Notes under the pieces: model-generated
Told to the model about the DNA's origin: nothing
Seen by the model: only the letters and a program-made list of their open reading frames with translations
Databases searched by the model: none
Translations under genes and position numbers: made by a program
Part shown: piece after piece, positions 49,591 to 63,114 of the stretch
How positions within the stretch are numbered: position 1 is the stretch's first letter
How the letters are laid out: every line of letters starts with the position of its first letter
Assembly (NCBI RefSeq): GCF_001194135.2
Contig: NC_068995.1
Span: forward strand, 32,559,495 to 32,623,494
DNA from: Octopus bimaculoides
Lineage: Eukaryota
DNA length: 64,000 bases
Reading direction: 5' to 3'

Positions 49591-51774
49591 CTATAAACAC
49601 AAAAACATATCAAATTGATATTAAAAACAAAAAGAACTGTAGATGCTAAATCAATAAGGTAATTAAATAGGGAAATGTACTTGTACAAATGGAGAGAAAT
49701 ATATTTTTAGATCATGAGAAAATAGAGTAACTAATTACTCTAAACATCCATAAAGCAATGTTGATGCACTTGATATCAACAACCATGTCTAGGATAAGAA
49801 CAGTTTAGCTAAGTTTCCTGCTTACAGCATTCATCCAGCTCTTGTTTCTTAGATCAGACGTTCCCATCTGACCAATATTGAGCCACTGCTTACACATCTG
49901 GGATGGTAGAGGTCTACATCCAAAAGAAGGCAATCCAACTGAATGAGAAAGTTTCAACTACCATCACATTTTAAGCACGATTCTTCAGCAGAACCATTTT
50001 CTATCACCTCAGCAACAATCTCTGAATTTGCTAACTGCATCCTTCTCCAGGCAGGACTCTCTTATTTCCATCAATTGCACTTTATTTCCAACTATATCTA
50101 TGACAGGCTTCTTTCAGTTTCCATCTATCCAATTCACTCACAAAGCTTTGGTGGCCTGAGGTTATAGTAGAAGACACCTACCCAAGGTGCCCCGCAATGG
50201 GACCGAACCTAGAACGATGTGGTTGGGAAGCAAGCTTGTTACTTCACAGCCTTGCCAGCACTTATATTTAAGAAACTATTATCAATAGAGTTCACTACCT
50301 TCCCCATCCGATCCACACAAACATTTATATACACAAATAAATACAACAATTAAGTTTATCTTTAAACCTACATTATATGATGGATTGTCAAGGACTTGTG
50401 TACTGAAGAATAGAGATTATCACACAACCAATATAATCCACTTCACAGAGCTAAAAGGAAACTCTCTATGTGGTCACTGAACTTGCACAAAATAACAGGC
50501 AAGTTTACCACAGTTAATACTCTAATGTCTTGAAGAAAGCACTGTATACAAGATGCAGTTCTCAACATACTTCTAAAAAGACAAGGGCCATTATGGCTAA
50601 AATACCTTTGATTACAGGCCTGTTCAATCAAGGCTAACTTGAGGTTAAACAATAACAACCAGACACATTTCACTTCATGAAACTTTAGATAGATTGTGCC
50701 AGTGCCATGTAAAAGCATCCAGTACACTCTGTAAAGTGATTGACATTAGGAAGGGCATCCAGCCATAGTTGTTGGCACTCTGTCGCTCACAACGTCGAGG
50801 GTTCCAGTTGATCCGATCAACGGAACAGCCTGCTCGTGAAATTAACATGCAAGTGGCTGAGCACTCCACAGACACGTGTACCCTTAACATAGTTCTTGGG
50901 GATATTCAGCGTGACACAGTGTGACAAGGCTGACCCTTTGAATTACAGCCCTAGAAACCATGCCAAAACAGACAATTGGAATATAGGCAGCTCTTCAGCT
51001 GGCCAATGTCAAACTGTCCAAGCCATACTAGCATGGAGAACAGATATTAAAAGGTGATGATGGTGATGATGATATATATAAACAGATTGAATTGTCTGTT
51101 GGGCAAAATCACGTCCTATATGCTATACTAACAAACACTGCCATGGTTCAGACCAGACTGAATCAAGGTACAGACATGTTTAACTTGGGGACCATTCTCA
51201 TATGTTCAATCAGTTATTTCAGTTTTCTCTAACAAGTCAACTAGAGATAATCAACCTCAAGGTTATCGTTTCCCAGACATTTAGATATTTTACTCATCAC
51301 TTAAATACAGAATAAGAGAGATTACTACTTTTAAAACTAGTTTGCTGGAGGTAAAACAAAGGCTTTACTTCTGTTTGGACATACACCTTTGTGATTAATA
51401 ATCCAGCAGCTTCAACATACAGCCTCTCTTATTTTAAAATATACATACAAATACTTTACATATTGGTTTCAAATTTTGACACAAAGCTAGCAATTTCGGA
51501 AGGCGGTGGGCACTAAATCGCTAACATTAATCCTAGTACTCAACTAGTACTTACTTTATTGAATGAAAAGCAAAATCGACACGAGGAATTTGAACTCAGA
51601 ACGTACAGACAGATGAAATGCTGCTAAGCATTTTGCCCAGTGTGCTAATGATTCTGCCAGCTTGTCACCTTACAAGTAGTTTATATATTGAGGACTAGAA
51701 AGAAACGTTTTTTCTAAAATGTGAAAACAAAATCTAATGTTGCAACTGTTACTTTTTCTGTGTTTTAGTCATGC

Positions 51775-52120
51775 TTTGGCACCACTCTGAATACAACACT
51801 GCACTACAGATTACATCATTTGGAGCCACAAGAGAAATAACCGAGCCAGGATTCATGCAAACTTTCAAGATCCAAGGGCAGATTTATCATCAGATTGGCT
51901 CTGTGCTACCTCTGTCAAATGAGTCACCAAAATTCCTACAAATATACTTTATGAGTGATTTGCAACAAGGAGGGTAAGAGAGGTGTAGAACATTTCTAGC
52001 ATCAGGATGAACATTGTGGCCTCTCTTCAAAAGATGTTGCACAACAACAACCTGATCAGAAGCTTCAAGATTGCACTTGAAACAATTCCATATGAATAAT
52101 ATGGGCATGTAATGTACAGA
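51775..52120 (+). mobile_element. Helitron Rep/helicase (Helitron_like_N-type) coding fragment
   Basis: YNTALQITSFGATREITEPGFMQTFKIQGQIYHQIGSVLPLSNESPKFLQIYFMSD, continuing after a frameshift as LQKMLHNNNLIRSFKIALE. Confidence 0.8.
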
Positions 52121-52323
52121 AGTGTAAAACCATTGAGTGTTAAAAGCATTACTTTCTGAGAAATACACTAATCTTACACTACAAGCAAAGAGTATACGGT
52201 GTTAAGGTTATGAGTTTATAACCCAAGTGAAACCAGGTCCTTCTGCTTGTACAAAATATTAAAAGAAAATAACATATTAAAGAATTACAAGAACTCTCAG
52301 TCAGAAATGATGGATTAACTCAC

Positions 52324-52383
52324 CCCTGAATTTTATTTGGAAGACATTTGATAATACTTTCTGCTTTGTTGAGTTGGTCATCA
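52324..52383 (-). CDS. NBAS: NBAS exon w6 (60 nt, phase 2-2)
   Basis: ttttcag|T...CAGGG|gtgagt; DDQLNKAESIIKCLPNKIQ(G) ~ human NDQLCLCYDLLECLPER. Confidence 0.88.
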
Positions 52384-52970
52384 CTGAAAATAGGAGAAAA
52401 ACAGATTTGTAAGTAGAATGCTACACGAAATGAGGTTAAATTAGTGCATTAAGAATGAGCTGTTTATCATATATATAACTACTAATCGTCACTAGCAGTG
52501 AAATCATTGCATTCATTAAAAGACTATCCAGTATTTTTAGCAACTGATTAAGCAGATAGATTGTTAATTTTACAGACTGAATGGTTACTGTGTATCATTG
52601 TATCCATGATTAAAATACTTCTTTGCTAACCAAGTAAATTTATATAAAAAGTGGATATTGCTACAGCACCACATAACAGAAATCATTTAAGTGATTGTTG
52701 TTAATATAATTATAATTTTTCAGATTATTAACCACAAGTTTAGAGATGAAAAGTGTGTGTATTTATCTTTTATCTTTCACTTGTTTCAATCATTTGACTG
52801 CAGTCATGCCTTGAAGGGCTTTTTAGTCAAACAGATTGACCCCAGGACTTATATTTTTAAGCCTAGTTTTAATTTTTTGGGTCTCTTTTGTTGAACTGCC
52901 AATGTACATGATGTTAATACACCAACACCAGCAGTCAAGCAATGATGAAAGGGCAAACACTAACACAAAG

Positions 52971-53011
<41 letters not shown>

Positions 53012-53644
53012 TATAAGAAAAGAAAGATGACAAAAGAAAAAATGATTATCTTATGAACTTCATTAGCTTACAGTTGTTTCTGCTATGAGATGGAGTGGAC
53101 TCATAGTTGAGTACCTGAATAACACCTTATAGCTTCACTGGAGCCTTGAATATGAAGTGCAATTTATTTGGGAAATAATCATGGGAAAGAGAAGGGGTTA
53201 AAATATATAAGAGAATTTTAATTCATGCAGACAATTGTTTCGTACAGCGATATAAAAATTATGCAAATTCNNNNNNNNNNNNNNNNNNNNNNNNNNNNNN
53301 NNNNNNNNNNNNNNNNNNNNNNNNNNNNNNNNNNNNNNNNNNNNNNNNNNNNNNNNNNNNNNNNNNNNNNNNNNNNNNNNNNNNNNNNNNNNNNNNNNNN
53401 NNNNNNNNNNNNNNNNNNNNNNNNNNNNNNNNNNNNNNNNNNNNNNNNNNNNNNNNNNNNNNNNNNNNNNNNNNNNNNNNNNNNNNNNNNNNNNNNNNNN
53501 GCAGTACGTGAACATTAAGGTGAACATTTTTTTTAATTGAATAGATTGAGTTAGCTTAAATGTTAAAAACTTAAAATAGATATTTTTATAAATTATCAAG
53601 AAAAAATATTTAATAATAATAAATAAATAAATTATATTATTTAC

Positions 53645-53718
53645 CGTTCACAAATGTAAAGTACATCCACAGCCATTTGTATCTTATCTGCAGGGTTGCT
53701 AATAATTTGAGAAGACAA
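53645..53718 (-). CDS. NBAS: NBAS exon w5 (74 nt, phase 0-2)
   Basis: gttacag|TTG...GAACG|gtaaat; LSSQIISNPADKIQMAVDVLYICE(R). Confidence 0.9.
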
Positions 53719-53781
53719 CTGTAACAGGAAAATAGCATACATAAAAATATGTGTCTGTATGTGTGTGCATATGTGTGTATG

Positions 53782-53819
<38 letters not shown>

Positions 53820-54389
53820 AGTTAAAAATATATAATAAATGCATAAACAAACAGGAGACAGACACAGGTCACCAAATCCTCATCAGTTATTGGCCAGAGG
53901 ATCAAACACAATTTCACACCTTAATGATATTACACCCCCACCTGGTGGCACTAACAGCAAAAATGCTGCTGGCAAGCCAAAAGACAAGACAGAAAATGAA
54001 CAAGTAAACAAGAAATAAACAACTATGCAATATAGAAAGTTAACATACAAATGTGGAATAAATATAATTGAAGATGAGACTATATATATNNNNNNNNNNN
54101 NNNNNNNNNNNNNNNNNNNNNNNNNNNNNNNNNNNNNNNNNNNNNNNNNNNNNNNNNNNNNNNNNNNNNNNNNNNNNNNNNNNNNNNNNNNNNNNNNNNN
54201 NNNNNNNNNNNNNNNNNNNNNNNNNNNNNNNNNNNNNNNNNNNNNNNNNNNNNNNNNNNNNNNNNNNNNNNNNNNNNNNNNNNNNNNNNNNNNNNNNNNN
54301 NNNNNNNNNNNNNNNNNNNNNNNNNNNNNNNNNNNNNNNNNNNNNNNNNNNNNNNNNNNNNNNNNNNNNNNNNNNNNNNNNNNNNNNNN

Positions 54390-54492
<103 letters not shown>

Positions 54493-55240
54493 AAAAGAGA
54501 TAGAGAGAGAGAGATATGCTTATGTATTTGTTTTACAAGATTCTTGATGTGAAATCACATGTTGAAACAAATATTATTATTCTTGGGAATGGTTGTATTT
54601 TGCAAATTAAGCACAGACACTAATATATATTAATTATATGGAATATAATCTTCATGTAAGAAATCAGTAAAAAACAGTGCCAAGAAATGCAAAGCTCCTC
54701 TTGGTAGAATGCATCAAGCAACATAAGAAATAGAAACTGACTTCACATTGACTTGCATAATTGTCAGATTAATTATTCAGTGAAACTGAACAGACTGACC
54801 GATAGTGAAGATGATAATGATGGTATAGCAAGGATGTCCATCCCAACCATCAATTTTCTCAGTGGGTGGAGAAGATGGATGGATGAATGTTTCTGGAAAG
54901 AAATCTCAAGACCAACCTCAAGTCACATTGTTGCTGGAAGCACTAAAATAGAAAAGCACCCAGCACATGCTGTAAAGTGATTAGCATTTGGAAGGGCGTC
55001 CATCCATAGAAACCATGTTGGAGCTGGCATTGAAGCATGATGCAGTCATTGGACTGCACTGAACACTACCTAACTGTCCTTATCATGCAGCCATGGAACA
55101 TGGATGTTAAATGATTATGATCGTGTAATGATGATGGTCACGATGATACTCAAAATGAAATCCTACTGAATAGACGAATATTCATTTGCACTTGAAAACT
55201 CAGGTTCATTCTGCAATTTGATAAGTGAAAAACTACTTAC

Positions 55241-55414
55241 ATTCGATTTTGATGCTTCGAATACCTTGAGAGGCAAGGTTATATCCTCTTTTGCAATGTC
55301 CATTAAATATTGTTTCAATAAGTTCATATAGGCATGAGGGTCATTTTTTTCACATCTCTTCAGAAAAGGAATCAACCAGCTGTAGATGTTTTTTATGTAT
55401 TTCTCAACAGAAGA
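55241..55414 (-). CDS. NBAS: NBAS exon w4 (174 nt, phase 0-0)
   Basis: gttgcag|TCT...AAT|gtaagt; SSVEKYIKNIYSWLIPFLKRCEK...DITLPLKVFEASKSN ~ human QWMVPFLHRCEK...PLKIFQHSKPD. Confidence 0.95.
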
Positions 55415-57158
55415 CTGCAACATGAGAGAACACAATAGAAACAGCAGAAACAAAACAAGAGGGATATTTTCAAATAATTTACATAACTTTCAGGACATTT
55501 ATATTTTTATGTGGATCTCTATTGGAACCAGCATTCTGCAGTTGAATCTGTGTATACTCTTTTAGTCTTTTACTGGTTCCAGAGCATACTGTATTTAAGT
55601 GTTTAGGAAAGTGGGTTATACATCATTAGATGTACACCTGACTTTCCTATATTAAATTAGGTATTGAACGGAACACAGAAACTCCAAACTGATCAACATA
55701 ACAATATTTATTTATGGTGGAAAATATACAGCTTTACTCTTGGTTGTTGAGACGCCGGAATGTAGATGTACTGTCCCTAGAGTTGAATGCTTGGAGAGAC
55801 AACTTGCTTCGACCACACTCAATGAGAGAGCTTGTTTAGACGTCTTGCTTGTTCGCTGTCTGGCGTGGTAAGAGATAGAATAGAAGTGGGAACGCTTGGA
55901 TGTTGAAATCCACGCATGCGTGGTTAAGGATGCAGCAATGGCGACCTTGCCTTTTTGGTGCCAATATGACGTCACTACAAGTGCATGATCAATTCTATCA
56001 ACTCCCAATACATTGGCTAGTACTTTATATACTTGGAAAGGAGAAAAGGCAAAGCGAACCTGGTGCATTTGAGCTTAGAACACAAAGGTATGTAATAAAA
56101 TGCCACAAAGGTATTTTGTTTGACACACTATGAATATTGCTATTCACTACTCCAAATGTTTATTAGCATATACCAAAACGTTTGATGGAATATTACCCTT
56201 TCTGCATATCATAATGGTGAAAACAATAAAGGAACTAACTCTTAACAATGTTTCATATCAATGTTATAAGTTGCTATCATATCACAAAGCTGTGAGCTGA
56301 CAGAATCTTTAGTGCGTTGGACAAAATGCATCACAGAATTTCTTCTAAGATCAAATTCCACCAAGGTTGACTTCACCTTTCATGCTTTTGGGAACGATAA
56401 AATAAGTACCAGTCAGTACTGGATTAACTGACTTCCAATTCCCTCAAAATAGCTGGCCTCAGGCCAAAAATTCAAAAGAAAAATATTACAAAAAATATTA
56501 CAAAAACAACAGAGTTATGAAACACAGTTTACACACACACCCACACACACATCTATATATATANNNNNNNNNNNNNNNNNNNNNNNNNNNNNNNNNNNNN
56601 NNNNNNNNNNNNNNNNNNNNNNNNNNNNNNNNNNNNNNNNNNNNNNNNNNNNNNNNNNNNNNNNNNNNNNNNNNNNNNNNNNNNNNNNNNNNNNNNNNNN
56701 NNNNNNNNNNNNNNNNNNNNNNNNNNNNNNNNNNNNNNNNNNNNNNNNNNNNNNNNNNNNNNNNNNNNNNNNNNNNNNNNNNNNNNNNNNNNNNNNNNNN
56801 NNNNNNNNNNNNNNNNNNNNNNNNNNNNNNNNNNNNNNNNNNNNNNNNNNNNNNNNNNNNNNNNNNNNNNNNNNNNNNNNNNNNNNNNNNNNNNNNNNNN
56901 NNNNNNNNNNNNNNNNNNNNNNNNNNNNNNNNNNNNNNNNNNNNNNNNNNNNNNNNNNNNNNNNNNNNNNNNNNNNNNNNNNNNNNNNNNNNNNNNNNNN
57001 NNNNNNNNNNNNNNNNNNNNNNNNNNNNNNNNNNNNNNNNNNNNNNNNNNNNNNNNNNNNNNNNAAATGTCTTCTACTATAGCCTCAGGCCGACCAAAGC
57101 CTTGTGAGTGGATTTGGTAGACAGAAACTGAAAGAAGTCTGTCGTATATATGTATGTG

Positions 57159-57191
<33 letters not shown>

Positions 57192-57494
57192 GTGTTTGTC
57201 TCCCCATCATCGCTTGACAACCGATGCTGGTGTGTTTACGTCCCCGTAACTTAGCGGTTCGGCAAAAAGAGACCGATAGAATAAGTACTAGGCTTCCAAA
57301 GAATAAGTCCTGGGGTCGATTTGCTCGACTAAAAGGCGGTGCTCCAGCATGGCCACAGTCAAATGACTGAAACAAGTAAAAGAGTAAAAGAGGTATGTTT
57401 ATTGCAACAATTGGATAATTTATTTTATTTAAATTGTATTTTAACCCTTTAGCATTCAGGTCACTGTCAAATGTAAAGCTTATTCCCTCGCATT

Positions 57495-57901
57495 GGCGCA
57501 GGAGTCGCTGTGTGGTAAGTAGCTTGCTTACCAACCACATGGTTCCGGGTTCAGTCCCACTGCGTGGCACCTTGGGCAAATGTCTTCTACTATAGCCTCG
57601 GGCCGACCAAAGCCTTGTGAGTGGATTTGGTAGACGGAAACTGAAAGAAGCCCGTCATATATATGTATATATATATATGTGTGTGTGTGTGTGTTTGTAT
57701 GTCTGTGTTTGTCCCCCCAACATCACTTGACAACCGATGCTGGTGTGTTTACGTCCATGTAACTTAGCGGTTCATCAAGAGACAAATAGAATAAGTACAA
57801 GGCTTACAAAGAATAAGTCCTGGGGTCGATTTGCTCGACTAAAGACAGTGCTCCAGCACGGCCACAGTCAAATGACTGAAACAAGTAAAAGAGTAAAAGA
57901 G
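57495..57901 (+). mobile_element. young full-length tRNA-derived SINE (family A). Similar plus copies at ~2449-2850, 17335-17690, 45753-46100, 57066-57392, 58860-59275, 59721-60186, 61005-61400; minus copies at ~1515-1790, 23880-24075, 32385-32765, 35140-35680, 60478-60893.
   Basis: GGCGCAGGAGT..GTGTGGTAAG head with B-box-like GGTTCAGTCCC, internal (TA/TG)n, tail CAGTCAAATGACTGAAACAAGT(AAAAGAGT)n; many homologous copies. Confidence 0.85.
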
Positions 57902-58684
57902 TATCTCATAGCACAGAGATTTCAATGATGAGATTGTTTATTTTGTAGAATGACATTGAAGGGTTAATGCTGAGACCAGTTATGGCCAGCTTAAGTGCTA
58001 AAGGCTTAAACTTACTTTTTATTTTCAATACAGAAAAATAACTTATTTACTTTTATCTCCTTGCTTTATGCTCACTCTGACTGTGGTGTTTCTTTCATTT
58101 CAAAATAAAGTCATTGAAATCAAAGAAACTGATATTGCTGTAAATTGTTACCATTCCTACTTTATGATTGAACAGTTCAAATTATGAAAATGGTGCCAGA
58201 ATTAAATGAAATCACTTCAGTAATTCAAATAAATGTCTGAATTTGCAGAACTAGTCTTGGTACATAAAATTATAATCAGAAAATACTTTAAATATGCTAT
58301 CACATACTCCCATACATATTCCATATTACATACATTCTCCATACATGGTGTATGTATAGTTTGGCCCAGTTGTAAGGGTGTTGTACTCATGGTCATGAGA
58401 TCATGGTTTCAATCCCCAGATTGGTTGTGTTATATTTTTGAGCAAAACACTTCATTTCACATTGCTCCAGTACACTCAGCTGTGACAGACTGGCATACAA
58501 AAGTGAGGTGGTGACTCAGGAAAATCACCTAAATAGAGGTCTCATGAGCCACAGTTTGTATTCACAGCAACTGAAAGAATGGATAGTCCACTCTATACTG
58601 TGAACTGTGACTCGTTGGGATTGATTGTTCAACCACATTGAAGGATGAATGAAAACAACATGAGAAATAGTATGAAATACTAAC

Positions 58685-58819
58685 CTTGCTCATGAGGAGA
58701 TGTGCTTTTTGAATATTTGACATGTTTTGTAATTCTTGGAACGATAATTCGCAACCAATATGGCAGTCGTAAACTAGGCAGTCCATAGTGAGTAAATCAT
58801 TGAGCAGATCTTCCAAACC
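58685..58819 (-). CDS. NBAS: NBAS exon w3 (135 nt, phase 0-0)
   Basis: ttctcag|GGT...AAG|gttagt; GLEDLLNDLLTMDCLVYDCHIGCELSFQELQNMSNIQKAHLLMSK. Confidence 0.92.
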
Positions 58820-59300
58820 CTGAGAAAGAAACCAAAATATAAAGAAANNNNNNNNNNCCCCAAAGCACAGGCATGACTGTATGGTAAAAAGATTCCTTCC
58901 CAACCACATGGTTCCGGGTTCAGCCCCATTGTAGGGCACCTTCGGCAAGTGTCCTATACTATAGCCTTGAAGCAACCAAAGGCCTTGTGAGTGGATTTGG
59001 TAGATGGGAACTGAAAAAAGCCTATCACGCGCGCGCGTGTGTGTGTGAGTGTGTGTGTGTGTGTGTCCTCCATCACTGCTTGGCAAATGGTGCTGGTGTG
59101 TTTATGTCCCTGTAACTTAGCAGTTCAACAAAAGAGGATGATAGAATAAGTATCAGGCTTAACAAAAAAAAAAAATAAGTACCGGGATCAATTCATTTGA
59201 CTAAAAATCCTTCAATGTTGTGCCCCAGCCTGGCTATAGTCTAATGACTGAAACAAGTAAAAGATAAAAAAATGAAAAAGATGCACAATAATTCACTTAC

Positions 59301-59430
59301 TGCAACACCTCGCTCAATTCCAATTTTAATGAGTTCCACAGAGTTATCAACCATCCGAGATTCTAATTCAATCTCACAAGCCCTCTCCACATACCACTGT
59401 GTCAGCACTGATTCACGGTGAGATAAGCCT
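59301..59430 (-). CDS. NBAS: NBAS exon w2 (130 nt, phase 2-0)
   Basis: tgtatag|A...GCA|gtaagt; GLSHRESVLTQWYVERACEIELESRMVDNSVELIKIGIERGVA ~ human DWYQTRAEEIEHYARQVDCALSLIRLGMER. Confidence 0.9.
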
Positions 59431-59912
59431 CTATACAACAGACAGAAAATAGGACCAATAAAAAAAATAATTAATCTGACAGAAAAACAAGTAGCTTATA
59501 AAGTTATACATTTCAAGAAACTGAGAGGTCATAAATGCTATTGTTGTTGGTGTTGGTAGGTAATTGTCAGCTCTTTTCAGCAGACTGACATCCCAAATGT
59601 AACTGACTGAACTGATTTCTAACCAAAGTCATCCTTTTATTGTGGGTCGTAATGTCCAACTATACATGACTTAAAAATTATAGTTGCCATTTTGTTTCTT
59701 GGGTTTCTTTTTAATTTGTTAGAAGTGGCTGTGTGGTAAGTAGCTTGCTTACCAACCACATGGTTCCGAGTTCAGTCCCACTGCTTGGCACCTTGGGCAA
59801 GTGACTTCTACTATAGCCTCGGGCCGACCAAAGCCTTGTGAGTGGATTTGGTAGACGGAAACTTGAAGAAGCCCGTCGTATATATGTATGTGTATATATA
59901 TATATATATGTA

Positions 59913-59954
<42 letters not shown>

Positions 59955-60682
59955 TATGTATGTATGTGTGTGTATATGTTTGTGTGTGTGTTTGTCCCTC
60001 CAACATCGCTTGACAACCGGTGGTGGTGTGTTTACGTCCCCATAACTTAGCGGTTCGGCAAAAAGAGACCGATAGAATAAGTACTAGGCATCCAAAGAAT
60101 AAGTCCTGGGGTCGATTTGCTCGACTAAAGGCAGTGCTCCAGCATGGCCGCAGTCAAATGACTGAAACAAGTAAAAGAGTAAAGAGATATTTGGCTGCTT
60201 CTTTAGCACATCAAGTGATTACATTTAAGCTCTTTCCCCAGCTCCACACACAGATTCTCCCACAGAGGTTTTATTTTAGATACTGACTATAGGCCTAGGC
60301 ATGGCTGTGCACTAAAAAGTTTGCTTCCCAACCACATGGTTCTAGGTTCAATTCCACTACATGGTACTTTGAACAAGTGTCTTTTGCTATAGCCTCAGGC
60401 TATACCAAATCCATCTCAGTGGATTCAGTAGATGGAAACTAAGAGAAGCCTGATATGGATGCATGTATGTATGTAGAAGCACCACCTTGAAGGGTTTCAT
60501 CAAATGAATTAACCCCAGCACTTATTTGTTTTTTCAAGTCTAATACTTACTCTACTGGTCTCTTTTGAAAACTGCTAAGCTATGGGGACATAAACAAACC
60601 AACAAGAGTTGTCAACTGCTAGTGGAGTACAAACACATACAAAGACATACATAGATACACACACACACACACACACACAGAT

Positions 60683-60736
<54 letters not shown>

Positions 60737-61518
60737 GATAGGCTTCTTTCAGTTTCCATCTATCAAATCCATTCACAAGGCTTTGATCAACCTAAGGCTA
60801 TAATAGAAGACACTTGCCCAAGGTGCCACACAGTGGAACTGAACCCAAAACTATGTGGTTGGGAAGCAATCTTCTTACAGCCACACATGTGCCTCTGATG
60901 ATAATTATCTTACCATAAAAGTGTATTCAGGCAGTATTAATAATTTAGTTACCTCCATAGATCTTTTTCTTTACATAAATATTAAAAATTTATATATATG
61001 TGCTCCAGCATAGTTATGTGGTTAAGATAAATGCTTTGCAACCACATGGTTTCTGGTTCAGTCCTAATATGTGGTACTTTGAGGCAAATGTTTTCTACTA
61101 TTGCTCCAGGCCCACCAATGCCTTGTGAGTGAATTTGGTGGAGGGAAACTATGTGAAAGCCCATCATATATGTGTGTGTGTGTGTACACACATACGTGTA
61201 TCAGTGTTTGTCCTCAATCTGCAAGGCTTGACAACTGGTGTTGGTTGATTTGCATCCCCATAACTTAACGGTTCAGCAAAAGGAGACCAACAGACTTAAA
61301 AAGAGAAATAAGTATTAGGGTTAATTTGCCCAAAACACTTCAAGGCAGGCTCCAGCCACAGAATGGCCAGAGTCCAATCACTGAAATAAGTAAAAGATGA
61401 AAGATTCTCATACATTATAAATCTAATTATAACTGTGAACTTGTTTCAGTCCTTTTACTGTGAAGATATAATTTAAAAACAAAAAACAAAGGTGAACAAA
61501 TATTATTATTGTTTAGAG

Positions 61519-61960
61519 CAGCAGTTCCTAACCAGGGAGGGGGTCCTTTTGGGGTTTGGGGTAGGAAGTGTCTCAGAGGGTGAGGAAGAAAGTCATTTAC
61601 TTCATGGATTTGAAGTGCTGTATTGCAGTGCCATGTATTACAGCTGCTAGTGGTATCACGACCATATGTGCTTCATTCCAGCTCTGTGACTCTCATGGCG
61701 CTTTGCATTCCAAGACTTGTTTATTAGTTCATAGCTATACCACTGTTTATTAATCTCTGGTCACGTGATCATGCCAACTCGTCCATGATTGGTGTGTTAG
61801 AATGAGTGTGGTGTTGCATTGTGTTGTGTATCACTGTGTTGCTTAGTGCACTGTTGTCAATGTGAGTGTTGTATTTGCCTGTGCATTGTTGTTTTAGAGA
61901 GACAAAGCAAAAGAAATGTCTGGAATGTTTGGCAGGTCAGGTCAGATGTGTAGGAAAGCA
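61519..61960. mobile_element. probable left end of a hAT-like element (right end not found)
   Basis: GTTTAGAG followed by CAGCAGTTCCTAACC resembles the hAT TIR/target seen at 11982 and 15661; end coordinate approximate. Confidence 0.4.
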
Positions 61961-61989
61961 CCACTGCAGAACAATGCTGCATTCACCAT

Positions 61990-62640
61990 TTGTCGGTATA
62001 TTCCCCGGTCCACCCACCTGACCAGTTGAGAAGAATCCCTGTCAGTCAGTGTCTCCAAGATACTTCCTCATCTGCCATGAGGGACCATGTGGCATGTAAT
62101 CAACCAACACAAGTCACCAACCCAGTCAAATGCTCAGTGAAGAGAACACAGTAAGCAGGGTCCGACTCAGAAAATTGAGCAACATGGCCAAAAAGTCCGA
62201 GCTGGTGCTCTCAAATCATACAAGTAACAGGATATTTCAAAGTTTCTAAGCAAAGTCATTCGGTGGATATGAAATCCAACCAATGGTAACCCATAATCCT
62301 GCAAAGCATCCTGTTACCAAAGGAGTTTAGGCAGTTCCTAAGGGCCTCAGACAGTGTCCAAGTCTCACAGCTATAGAGCAGAATACGGAGGCCCAGAAAC
62401 CGAAAGACCCGAACCTTTGTCCTCCAGCACAGATATCAATAGCGCCATACAACCTTGTCCAATGATTCCACAACTGCACCATCTTGTCCAAGTCTTTTTA
62501 GGACTTCAGGCTCGCAGCTTATGCTTCTATGAATCTCACTGCTGAGATAAGTGAAGCCGTCAACATTTTGACATCTCTTTGAACCACAATAGACTGATGA
62601 GGTGGAGTCCTTCAAGAAGTCAATGAAAGACTGGATCTTT
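61990..62640 (-). mobile_element. LINE (RTE/L2-like) ORF2 C-terminal relic
   Basis: FTYLSSEI...EVLKRLG...SLDKVVW, RTKVRVF, LLYSCETWTL, LFGHVA motifs with stops. Confidence 0.75.
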
Positions 62641-63039
62641 GTCTTGATCCAAAAGACTCTAAGGCCAAGGCACCTAGAAAGCTGCCCTCCTAGGCACAAG
62701 TTCAGGTAAGGTTATTTATGGAAGATCAGCAGTCACCCATGCAAACGAGCCTCCACCTCGCCACACCACTGATGTTATCCAAGGGAAAAGCAAAAGCCGA
62801 TACAGCTTGGCACCAGTGACGTCAACTCATTTCTACAGCTGAGTGATCTGGAGCAACGTGAAATAAAGTGTATTGCTCAAAAACATACACACACAGCCCA
62901 GTCCAGGAATCAAACTCACTACCTCATGATTGTGAGCCTGACGCTCTAACCACTGAGCCTTGCATCTTCATATGTTCAATAAAATACATTATTTCTAATT
63001 CATACACAAGTGTTCTTGTTTCAGATTTGAGTTACTTAC

Positions 63040-63114
63040 TTATACTTCGACAAATGTGGATATTCTTCATACAAATTAAGTCCAAGATCAAAATATTGAA
63101 TATCAACAGCACAC
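63040..63114 (-). CDS. NBAS: NBAS exon w1 (75 nt, phase 2-2)
   Basis: ttttcag|G...TATAA|gtaagt; CAVDIQYFDLGLNLYEEYPHLSKY(K), similar to human LYAAQPELLRFR; phase fits w2. Confidence 0.85.

Noticed and set aside
49800-50090. GC-richer segment with a 74-aa plus ORF and broken minus frames
   Set aside because: No recognisable domain in any frame; probably an old TE relic that I cannot assign.
57495-57570. tRNA-like heads of SINE families A, B and C
   Set aside because: Not tRNA genes: no complete cloverleaf, and each is fused to SINE body and tail in many copies.
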